Positions 50,573-59,656 of a stretch of DNA of 64,000 bases are shown here, in pieces. The notes under the pieces are model-generated. The model searched no databases, had not been told where the DNA came from, and saw only the letters and a program-made list of their open reading frames with translations. Origin of the DNA: an uncultured delta proteobacterium. Lineage in GTDB: Bacteria; Myxococcota_A; Polyangia; Fen-1088. The stretch is taken from assembly GCA_963796685.1 (NCBI GenBank), contig CAWCMR010000015.1, positions 64,001-128,000 on the forward strand. Direction: 5' to 3'. How positions within the stretch are numbered: position 1 is the stretch's first letter; each line of letters opens with the position of its first letter. Made by a program: the position numbers and the translations under genes.

Positions 50573-51903
50573 ATGGAACGAGCGCTTGTTGTCGACGACG
50601 AAGAGGGAATTCGGACCTTCATTGGCGAGGTTCTGGAAGGCGAAGGGCTGCGCGTGACCCTTGCCGCCGATGGAGAATCGGCCGCGCGCATGCTCGACCG
50701 CGAATCCTTCCACCTGATGATTACGGATCTCAAGATGCCCGGCCTCGACGGGATGTCGCTTTTGCGCAAGGCGCGCGCGGAATCGCCGGAAACCGAGGTG
50801 GTAGTGCTGACCGCGCACGGAACCGTGGCGGGCGCCGTCGAGGCCATGAAGCTGGGGGCCTTCGATTACCTCGATAAACCCCTGTCGGGACCCGACGAGC
50901 TGCGCTTGGTCGCGAGCCGAGCGATGGAGCGCCGCCATCTGCGCGAGGATGCCCAGCGCATGCGCGCTCCGGAAGACGGCGAGCCGGCAGTCGTCGCCAA
51001 GGATCGGGTCATGCAGGCGGTGATGGGACAGGTGCGAAAGGTCGCGACCACCGACGCCACCGTGCTGCTATTGGGCGAGAGCGGCACCGGCAAGGAGGTG
51101 CTATCGCGTGTGCTCCATCGTGAGAGCCGGCGGGCGGCGGGGCCGTTCGTCGCGGTCAACTGCGCGGCCATTTCCGACTCGTTGCTCAAGAGCGAGATGT
51201 TCGGGCACGAGAGGGGCGCCTTCACGGGCGCGGTCTCGAACCACCGTGGGCGCTTCGAGCTGGCCGACGGCGGAACGCTGTTTCTCGACGAGGTCGGCGA
51301 GCTGCGCCCCCAGCTGCAAGCCAAACTGCTGCGCGTATTGCAGGAGCGGCGGTTCGAGCGCGTGGGCGGCACGCGCACCATCGAGGTCGACGTGCGCATC
51401 GTGGCCGCCACCAACAGCGATTTGTCCGAGGCGATGCGCGCTGGCCGTTTTCGCGAGGATCTCTACCACCGCCTGGCCGTCTTCCCCATCCGCATCCCGC
51501 CGCTGCGTGAGCGCCTGGCCGACATCATTCCGCTTGCCGAGGACCTGTTGTTGCACATCGCACGCCAGCTCGGACGCCCGAGCCTTTCTCTCGACGAAGC
51601 CGCGCGCGTGCGCCTGGCGTCGTACGCCTGGCCGGGGAATGTTCGCGAGCTGGGCAACGTTCTCAGCGCGCCGCCATTCTGGCCGAAGGCTCGGTGATTG
51701 GCGCGGACCTGATCCTGACCGGTCCCTTGGCTTCGGCCTCGCATGCCTCGGATGGCTCGGGAATCGAAAGACTGGAGGACATGGAGAAGGAAGCCATCCG
51801 GCGCATGCTGGCGCTGACCGGGGGCAACCGCAAGCAGACCGCGGCGCGCCTGGGGATCGGCCTGCGCACGCTCTACGACAAGCTCAAGGTCTACGACCTG
51901 TAA
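50573..51903 (+). CDS. sigma54-dependent NtrC-family response regulator (one base missing at 51664/51665)
   Basis: [14 protein letters not shown], intact [14 protein letters not shown]; adding G restores NVLERAAIL and joins [15 protein letters not shown]. Confidence 0.9.
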
Positions 51904-51973
51904 GGCGTCGGCATCACTCGCCTGTGAGGCAATGTAGGGCCAGGAATTCGGGGGGGAGCGAGCATGGCGATTC

Positions 51974-52001
51974 TTCTCACTTCAAGGCAAGTGAGTGTGT
52001 A
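51974..52001 (+). promoter_or_regulatory. Candidate ECF promoter, site A
   Basis: TTCTCA-N16-TGTGTA, 35 nt upstream of ATG 52037; same pattern as sites at 55563 and 59495. Confidence 0.45.
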
Positions 52002-52036
52002 AAAGAGGGGATCATCAGGACCAAGACCCCACCACC

Positions 52037-53572
52037 ATGAGCTCCACAAAAACCGCCGGCCTCGTATCGCTCCTCGCCACCTTTCTCGCCCTTGGACCCT
52101 TTCAATCGGTGCGCGCCGCCGAGGGCAACTCCGACGATGCGGATCCCGCGTCGAAGGTGCAAAAGCTCAATCGCTATGCGATGCAGCTTTTCGACGACAG
52201 GAACTACGCACTGGCGGAGAAGACGCTGCTCGAGGCCCTGGCTATCGTCGAGAAGTCCAACCTCGGACGCGGCCCGGCGGGGCTTGCCACCAACGGCAAC
52301 CTGGCCGTGCTCTACAGCGTGGGGCTCAAGAATCCCGACAAGGCTGTGTTCCATTTCAAGAAGGCACTGGCCCTCAAGCCCGACCTCAGAATGAGCAAGC
52401 AACGGGCGACTCCCGAGACCGAGGCCAATCTGGCGCGGGCCAAGGCCGAGCTCGCCGGAAGGGCCCCGGCGTCCTCGCCCAAACCGCCGGCTTCGACAGC
52501 CAAGCAGGTCGAGGCGGTCTCCGGTGTCGCCATCAAGTGCCCCGCGGACGAGGAGGCCCAGGCTGGCGAAGACCTCACCCTCAAATGCCTGACCTCGGCC
52601 GAGCTGCATCCAGCCACCGTGACGCTGTACTACAAGGCGAACGGCGAAGACCAGTACCAGGCGCTGCCCATGACCAAGTCGGGCAACTCGGGCGCGGCCA
52701 CTGCTTGGGTGGCCAAGATCCCCGGCGCGCAGATCAAGGCCAAGTTGATTCCGGTCTACTTCGAGGCTCGCGACGACAGCGGGTCGAGCCTTGCCTTTTC
52801 CGGCCGCGAAGACAGCCCGAGCGTGATTTCCGTCAAGGGCGGCGAAGCCACCCCGGCCGGTCCGGCCGCCACGGCCACCGCGGGCGTGGGCGACACGGGC
52901 GACAACGACGAGGGAGACGAGGGTGAGGAAGAAGAGGGCGAGGAAATCGACGACGAGAACCCCCTGGCGCGCCTCGAAAACGAACGGCGCCGCGAGCACC
53001 AGGGATTGAAGGGAACCTGGTGGCTTGGCCTTGGGCTCGGTTCGGGTGTCGGCTACGCCTCTGGAAACTCCACCGAGACCTTTCCCAGCCAGAAGGTTGG
53101 ATTCAGCCCCGGTCTGGCGCTCGCCTTCTTGGGGCATGCTGTTCCTGAAATTGGATATTTCATTGGCAGAAACACGGCGTTGGCCATTACCGGACGCGAT
53201 CAGCTCATCCTGGGTGGATGGAAAGGAACCCCATGGGGGGCGAACGCCGTGCTGTTGCGTGCGCTCTTCTTTACCGACGGCGACGAGAAGGTACGCTGGT
53301 ATTTCGCCACTGCGGCTGGATGGGGCGATGCCTTTCGCCTCCAGGTCGATGCCCAGGCGCAGCAGGTGGATCAGAGTGGCAATGGTGGGACAGCAATCCC
53401 TTTCAAGGACACGGTCAAAGGGGGGCCATGGGCAGTGGGGATTGGGGGCGGTATGCTGTACAAACTCAACCGGCGCTGGCGATGGACGGTCGATACACAA
53501 GCCTTGCTTGGCTTCACCCATTACTCCGCGGTACTGGATCTGACCACGGGGCTGCGCTTGATGTTCCAGTAG
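52037..53572 (+). CDS. Exported protein: TPR-like helices, Ig-like domain, acidic linker, C-terminal beta-barrel-like domain
   Basis: Signal peptide; NLAVLYSVG...AVFHFKKALALKPD; EGDEGEEEEGEEIDDE linker; amphipathic aromatic strands ending GLRLMFQ. Confidence 0.7.
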   Translation: MSSTKTAGLVSLLATFLALGPFQSVRAAEGNSDDADPASKVQKLNRYAMQLFDDRNYALAEKTLLEALAIVEKSNLGRGPAGLATNGNLAVLYSVGLKNPDKAVFHFKKALALKPDLRMSKQRATPETEANLARAKAELAGRAPASSPKPPASTAKQVEAVSGVAIKCPADEEAQAGEDLTLKCLTSAELHPATVTLYYKANGEDQYQALPMTKSGNSGAATAWVAKIPGAQIKAKLIPVYFEARDDSGSSLAFSGREDSPSVISVKGGEATPAGPAATATAGVGDTGDNDEGDEGEEEEGEEIDDENPLARLENERRREHQGLKGTWWLGLGLGSGVGYASGNSTETFPSQKVGFSPGLALAFLGHAVPEIGYFIGRNTALAITGRDQLILGGWKGTPWGANAVLLRALFFTDGDEKVRWYFATAAGWGDAFRLQVDAQAQQVDQSGNGGTAIPFKDTVKGGPWAVGIGGGMLYKLNRRWRWTVDTQALLGFTHYSAVLDLTTGLRLMFQ

Positions 53573-53582
53573 GGAGGTGTGC

Positions 53583-55446
53583 ATGCAACTCAAGATGCGC
53601 GCGCATTTCGGCTTGGTGATTCTGGGCGGACTCCTCGGTTGTGCCGGAGCCAAGGTGGGGGTCATTCCGTCCGCAGAGGGTGGAGGCGGCGGCGGAGGTG
53701 GCGGAAAAGGAGGCTCTTCCGGTGTCACCATCGATCTTGACGCGAAGGCGCCAACCCAGCCAGTGCAAGTCGATCCCGGCGCCGCGCCAGTCGCGTGCGA
53801 CAACCCGATGGCCTGCCCGGATTTTCCTTCTGCTCCGATCAACGACCCCAAATCGCCTTCCGCGATTCCCGGCAATCCGGGCAGCCAGTTCTCGGGGGCT
53901 CCATCCGGAAGCGGCCCCTGCGTCACGGAGCCCGAGGACGGGGCGCTCTTCCCCTACAATTGGACGCGGCCGCGTATCAAGTGGACGGGAACGAGCGGTC
54001 TCGTCCAGATCACGGTTCACGCGGACATCGAGGCGAACGACCTGGTCGTGTACACGAGCGCCGACAACTGGATCATGGACAAGACCATCTGGGACGGGCT
54101 GCGCTCGCACGTGCACGAATCGGACATCTCGGTCACGGTCCGCGCGTCCGGCGGCGGCGCCACGACCGTGAAGTTCCAGATCGCGTCCGCGAGCGCGGCC
54201 GGGAGCATCGTGTTTTGGGCCGCAGATCCCTCGGTCGTGGGCGTGCAAAACGTCACCACGGTGCAAGACACCACCTCATTGCTGCGCGGATTTACCGTGG
54301 GCGAGGAGGGGACCGTCGTCACGCTCAAGTTCTCCCAGGTCAAACAACCCAGCAAGGAGCAGTCCTACAACAACCGGACACCGACCTGCATCGGCTGTCA
54401 CGCCGCGACCCCCGACAACGGCTTCGTTGCTTTCGTCGACAACTGGCCGTGGAACTCCGTCATTTCCGGCATCAAGTCCGACAACGTCGGGGCTGAGCTT
54501 CCTAGCCTGTCCACCGGCGGTCTCGCCGATTCTCAACAAACCGTGGGCCGGGGCACCGGCCTTCTCGAGTGCGTTTTGGCAGACCGGCAGTCGCATGATG
54601 GTGACCACTTCCGCGCAGCAGAGCGACCTCTTGCCATGGGAGACGGACAATCTGAAACCTGCCAATCTGGTCTACTACAATCTGGATTCGCCCACGCCCG
54701 ACCCCACGCCCTCGGTCGGCCAAGGTCCCGTGGCTCAGCTTGGGAAGCAATACGGGGTCATCGCCCGCAACGGCGATAGCAACGGCGTCGCCTTCCCGAC
54801 CTGGAGCCACGACGGCGCCACCATCGTGTACTCGTCTACCAACGGTGGCTGCCAAGATGGACGGCTTCAGCAAGGGGCCACGGATTTCTATTCCGTTCCC
54901 TTCGACAACGGCAATGGTGGCGACGCCAAGCCCGTTCCCGGTGCGTCCGACAAGAGCTGGGAGGAGTACTACGCCGCCTTCTCGCCGGACGACCAAATGG
55001 TCTTGTTCGACCGGGTTCCATCGGGCCAGGTCATGTACGCCAATCAGAGTGCGGAGATCTTCTTCGTACCGATGGGCTCGGCGCCCGGTGCCGGCACGGC
55101 CGTTCGCCTCAAGGCGAATGATCCGGTGGCCTGCACGGGGAAAGCCAGCCCCGGCGTCAACAACCACTTCCCGAAGTGGGCTCCGGCCGCGAGCACGTAC
55201 AACGGGCGGACCTACTACTGGGTGATTTACTCTTCGAATCGTGCCGGGATTCCACCTGTCGTGGCAACCCAGGGCGACGGCAAGGCCCACCAGATCTCGC
55301 AGCTCTACTTGACTGCCGTTTCCGTGGAGAACGGAAAGTATCAGACCTACAAGTCCGTCTACTTGTGGTGGCAACCGACCGACATGGTGAATACCACGCC
55401 GGTCTGGGACCTGCTCCAGATCCCGCCGGCGCCGCCCATCTACTAG
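53583..55446 (+). CDS. Lipoprotein with TolB/PD40-like beta-propeller and one CxxCH motif (one extra C near 54526)
   Basis: Lipobox LLGC; CIGCH; FPTWSHDG, AAFSPDD, FPKWAP and IYSSNR repeats; removing one C gives GLAILNKPW. Confidence 0.72.
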
Positions 55447-55562
55447 CCTCGTGCGATCCGCCGATCCGCTCGCCTGGGCGGTGGGCGCCACCGTTGGCAC
55501 ATGGATGGAAGAAGTCGGCTTTTTCCGCCGCGCTCGCGCACGATTTGACCTCCATTTGCGTA

Positions 55563-55590
55563 TTCCCATTGTGGCGGCACGGATTGTTCT
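55563..55590 (+). promoter_or_regulatory. Candidate ECF promoter, site B (upstream of the lipoprotein-sigma-anti-sigma-caspase unit)
   Basis: TTCCCA-N16-TGTTCT, 13 nt upstream of ATG 55604. Confidence 0.5.
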
Positions 55591-55603
55591 TAAAGTTGAG
55601 GAG

Positions 55604-56236
55604 ATGCAACGCGGAGTATTAAAGATACGGCCGTGGGGGGTGATCGCTGTCCTGGCGATGGCCACCACGACGTCGTGTGGGACCGGAATTCGCGATGGCG
55701 AGGGCTATGCGTACGTGACCAAGACCATCGGGCCGGAGGGCGGACAGATCGTGCTTCGGGAAGCAACCTTGGCCATCTATCCGCAGAATTTGAAAGAGCC
55801 TGCGACCATCTCCATGCGCCGCTTTCCGATCATCGATCACGCGGGCGCCGTCGGTCCGGTTTTTGAAATCCAGATTCCGACGCCAACTACCTTCGATCTG
55901 GATCCCGATATCAGGATCGTGACTTCGGACGTGGTTGCGAGCAATCCGGCGTCCAGAATCGGTTTTCTGTTTCCCGGCATCGCGAACGAGCAGTGGGTAC
56001 CGGATACCTCATCACCGTTCCAGCCTTGTTCCCCCCCGACAGTTTGCGGGCCAGTGCAGCGCGACGGATTCATCCATCCTGGGGGCACTGGAAGTGCTCT
56101 CTCTCCGACGACGACGCTCGATTTCGCCGTCGTTACCCAGTGCGGTTCCATCGGGGACTGCGCGGCAAGGCAGACCTGCAGCTCCAATGCCTGCCAGCAG
56201 TGCTACACAGTCACCTCTTGCAACCCAGCCTCTTGA
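55604..56236 (+). CDS. Putative lipoprotein with ZU5-like N-terminal segment and Cys-rich C-terminus
   Basis: Signal ending TTSC; TIGPEGGQI...LAIYPQNL; C-terminal CGSIGDCAARQTCSSNACQQC. Confidence 0.6.
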   Translation: MQRGVLKIRPWGVIAVLAMATTTSCGTGIRDGEGYAYVTKTIGPEGGQIVLREATLAIYPQNLKEPATISMRRFPIIDHAGAVGPVFEIQIPTPTTFDLDPDIRIVTSDVVASNPASRIGFLFPGIANEQWVPDTSSPFQPCSPPTVCGPVQRDGFIHPGGTGSALSPTTTLDFAVVTQCGSIGDCAARQTCSSNACQQCYTVTSCNPAS

Positions 56237-56304
56237 CCATGATCGGCGCTACCCCTTCACCTCTCGCCCGCAATCCGCTCCCACGCTGGCTGTGGGCAGA
56301 AGCG

Positions 56305-56904
56305 ATGTTTCCTTCTTCCGCCGGGGTCGGCTATGCTTCACCTGCCGGCACCGTGGAAAACGAGAAGAGCAGCTCCAAGACAACTTCTGCGGGCGAAACG
56401 GCGCTCGGGGACCTTTACGCGAAGTTCGCCCCCGCCATTTACGCGCACTGCCGCCGCTTTCTGCAGTCTCCGGCCGCAGCGCGGGACGCCACCCAGGAGG
56501 CCTTCATCCGCGTGCTCGCGCGCGGCGTGGTCTTGCCCCGGGAAGAAGAGGCGCTTCGCTATCTCTACCGCGTCTCCACCAATGTCTGCCTCAACCTCTT
56601 GCGCGAGCACAACGTGCACACGCGGGCCGTGCCGACGTTGGCCGCCAATTCGCACCATGTCAGCTCGGCCGAATCCGGGTTGGCGGATCGCGAATTCGTG
56701 ATCGCCGTCCTCGATCGTTGCGGGGAGGGCGGCGCCAAGGTGGCCGTCATGCACTACCTCGACGGCATGTCGCAGGTCGAGATCGCCGAAGTCCTGGGCA
56801 TCACGCGCCGGACGGTCTTCAATCGCCTGCGCAAGCTGTCGCGTATCGCCGGGGATCTGCTGCACGCGGTCCCGCGTCACTCGACCGCAAAGGAAGAAGA
56901 GTAG
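56305..56904 (+). CDS. ECF-type RNA polymerase sigma factor
   Basis: Region 2 AARDATQEAFIRVL...YLYRVSTNVCLNLLR; region 4 YLDGMSQVEIAEVLGITRRTVFNRL; start 56305 or GTG 56353. Confidence 0.88.
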   Translation: MFPSSAGVGYASPAGTVENEKSSSKTTSAGETALGDLYAKFAPAIYAHCRRFLQSPAAARDATQEAFIRVLARGVVLPREEEALRYLYRVSTNVCLNLLREHNVHTRAVPTLAANSHHVSSAESGLADREFVIAVLDRCGEGGAKVAVMHYLDGMSQVEIAEVLGITRRTVFNRLRKLSRIAGDLLHAVPRHSTAKEEE

Positions 56905-56913
56905 GGGAGAGCG

Positions 56914-57682
56914 ATGCCAGCCTGCCCTTCACGCCTCGAGCTTCTCGCGCTGGGAAGCCCATCCCGAGCCCGAGCGTCCTGCCGAGCTCGTCGCCCACCT
57001 CGGAGGCTGCGGGCGATGTGCTGCCGTGCTGGCTGACATCTCCAATGCGCGCTCCCTATTGCTTGGTGCCGATCCGGCCGAAGCCAGTGTTCGGGCAGCG
57101 CGGAGAATCATGGACGTGGCCCGGCAACGCCGGCGCAGGCAGCGCTGGCTGCGCTTTCTGGCTCCCGCTTTTCTGGTCCCGGCGACGGCGGCCTTGCTGC
57201 TCTTCGCGCGGCCGGCCTTGCGCTCGTACGTCGCCGGAGAGGAAGGTGGCAGCGCCATCAAAGGCCGGCTCATCGTCGAGACCTACTGCAAACGCGGAGA
57301 CAAGGTTTTTCCCGCGGTGGATGGGGCGGATTTCAGCGAAGGCGATCGCCTTCGCTTCGCCTACAGCAACGACCGGCCTGGCTACCTCCTGATCTTCGGG
57401 GTCGACGACCAGGGTAAGGTATTTCCCTACTATGAGGAGCACGCCCTGGTCGGTGTGCCTGTGGATGCGGGCGGGCACGTGTTCTTGCCGGACTCGATTC
57501 AGCTCGACGATCACAAGGGCTGGGAGCGCATCTTCGCCCTGTGGTCGGAGACGCAATTCGACGATGACGTCGTGCGCGGGGCGGTGGGCGCCGCGTTGTC
57601 CGCGGTGGATAGTGACGTCCGCCGCATGACGGCCCTTGACCTGCCCGTGCAGCAGGTGTCAATGCTACTAAGGAGACCCTGA
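56914..57682 (+). CDS. Zinc-binding (HxxxCxxC) transmembrane anti-sigma factor with DUF4384-like external domain (one extra T near 56942)
   Basis: ATG after GGGGAG; corrected N-terminus MPACPSRLELSRW...VAHLGGCGRC; TM FLAPAFLVPATAALLLFA; GDRLRFAYSNDRPGYLLIFGVDDQGKV. Confidence 0.78.
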
Positions 57683-57683
57683 G

Positions 57684-59237
57684 ATGCGGTCCTTCCTTTC
57701 AGGCATTTTGGCCTTGGCAATCGGGCTTGGGTTTGCCGCGGCTCCGGCGCGCGCGCAGTCCAGGCAGGTTCGCCTTGGCTTGGTGGTCGGGAACAACACC
57801 GGTGAGGATCCCGCCCACAGCTTGCGGTATGCCGAGGAGGAGGTCGGGCGCCTCGCGGAACTGCTCAAGACAGCCGGTGATTTCGACGACATCGTGACCC
57901 TGCGCGGGGCAGGCCGGGCCGAGATCGAAAAGGGCCTGGTGGAGGCTCGCAAAAGGCTTGCAGCCGCCAAGGCCGCAGGCAACCAGACCCTGTTCCTCTT
58001 CTACTACTCCGGTCACGGCGACAACGAAGCGCTCGAGCTCGGCTCCGAACGTCTGCCTCTGCGCGACCTGCGCAGCTATCTCGAACAGCTCAGCGCCGCA
58101 GATGTGCGCGTGGCATTCGTCGACGCCTGCCAGTCCGGCGCTCTCACCGGTGTAAAAGGTGGGCGGCACGCGCCTGGTTACGAGGTCCGGTTGGCCGATC
58201 CGGGCCAGGTCAAGGGCATGGCCATCGTGACCTCGTCGACGGCGAATGAATTTTCGCAAGAGTCGGACGATCTCAAGGGATCGTTCTTCAGCCAGAGCAT
58301 CATGGCCGGCTTGCGCGGGGCCGCGGATTCGTCCCACGACGGCCAGGTGACCTTGAGCGAGGTCTACCAATTCGCGTTCAAGCGCACCCTGGCGAGCACG
58401 GCGGCGAGCCTGACGGGTGGGCAGCACCCGACCTACGACTATCGCATGGCCGGCGCTGGCGACGTGGTCCTCACGCGGACGCGCCCCAGGGACGCTCGGC
58501 TGGCCTTCGCGCGCGAGGCGGGCTCCACCTACACGGTTCTGAGCAGGACGCGCGATGAAGTGATCGCCGAGGTGCCATCGAGCGCCGGCGAAGACCTGTA
58601 CCTGGCGTTGCCCGCGGGGGAGTACCGCGTGGTACGCCGAACCATGGGCAACGTCAGCGAGCGGACCCTGTCGCTCGCCCCTGGCAGCGTCACCACGGTC
58701 GATCCCACTGGCATGATTGCGGTTCCCCAGGGCAGCTGGCGTAGCAAGGGCGGCGATTTGGAGCTGCGCAATCGCCTGGGCGCCTACGTGGGGGTCAGCG
58801 CATCGGTCGTTCCAGGCAGCCCTGGGTATCTCGGCACCCTCGCGCTTTCTTATGCACGCGACTTGCGCTGGGCCATGTTGCGCGGGCGAATCAGCGCGGC
58901 GTCCTTCGATTCGCAGCAGGATATCTACCGCTCGTCGCTCCTGCGCGCGGCCGCGAGCGCGGACCTTTTGCTGCCGCTCGTGCTCGCTCCTCACTTGTCG
59001 ATTCAGGCCGGGCCGTCCCTGGGGGTGCCCATGGTACGCCAGCGCGATGCGAGCGGCGTTGTAACGAGCTCTTTTGGTTTCGCCTACGGTGGTGCGGTCG
59101 TGGTCAGCACGCGCCTCTACGGTAGGACCTACCTCTCGCTCAATCTCGATGGCGGCGGCGAGGTCTTCCGCCTGGACAGCCATCGCGTGAACCGTGCGAC
59201 GGGCAGCGCCCTGATGGGCGGCGTGGTGGCGTTTTAG
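57684..59237 (+). CDS. Exported caspase-family (peptidase C14) protease with C-terminal beta-barrel-like domain
   Basis: Signal peptide ending ARA-Q; LVVGNN, LRYAEEE, FYYSGHG (catalytic His), FVDACQSG (catalytic Cys); terminal Phe (VVAF). Confidence 0.88.
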   Translation: MRSFLSGILALAIGLGFAAAPARAQSRQVRLGLVVGNNTGEDPAHSLRYAEEEVGRLAELLKTAGDFDDIVTLRGAGRAEIEKGLVEARKRLAAAKAAGNQTLFLFYYSGHGDNEALELGSERLPLRDLRSYLEQLSAADVRVAFVDACQSGALTGVKGGRHAPGYEVRLADPGQVKGMAIVTSSTANEFSQESDDLKGSFFSQSIMAGLRGAADSSHDGQVTLSEVYQFAFKRTLASTAASLTGGQHPTYDYRMAGAGDVVLTRTRPRDARLAFAREAGSTYTVLSRTRDEVIAEVPSSAGEDLYLALPAGEYRVVRRTMGNVSERTLSLAPGSVTTVDPTGMIAVPQGSWRSKGGDLELRNRLGAYVGVSASVVPGSPGYLGTLALSYARDLRWAMLRGRISAASFDSQQDIYRSSLLRAAASADLLLPLVLAPHLSIQAGPSLGVPMVRQRDASGVVTSSFGFAYGGAVVVSTRLYGRTYLSLNLDGGGEVFRLDSHRVNRATGSALMGGVVAF

Positions 59238-59254
59238 GCGCGCCCGCTCTCCGG

Positions 59255-59383
59255 GGTACCCGCAAGAGACACCACGACCGGTGCACGCACCCAATCGGGG
59301 CCATGACGGATAGTCGTGGACGACAATGACAACCGGCCACGGCCACGGCCACGACCACGGCCACGGCCTTCTGCGGCTATCGC
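59255..59383. repeat. Dispersed intergenic repeat, copy 2 (left hairpin arm mostly missing)
   Basis: Colinear with 48915-49087; ends CCTTCTGCGGCTATCGC. Confidence 0.8.
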
Positions 59384-59494
59384 TGCCTTATGGGCTTCTC
59401 TGGGAACGTATACAAAAGCGCCAACCTCGTGTACAGTCCCCGCGTCGATTCAGTGCCAGCGCTCAATGATTTCGATGGCGGTTGCGTTTATGGG

Positions 59495-59522
59495 TTCCCA
59501 ACCCAAGCCATTCGTTTGTTTG
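59495..59522 (+). promoter_or_regulatory. Candidate ECF promoter, site C (upstream of the OM protein-GH9 pair)
   Basis: TTCCCA-N16-TGTTTG. Confidence 0.45.
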
Positions 59523-59656
59523 GAACTGCAAATAGAAGCACAACAGTCGGGCATGGGCGGCGGCAAGACTGACACGTTCAGATCCAGGGCCGGAATGGCG
59601 GTTCTGGTTTCCATCATCCGTCGGGGGCTCGTCGCCCCCTGTTATCAACCTCGGGA

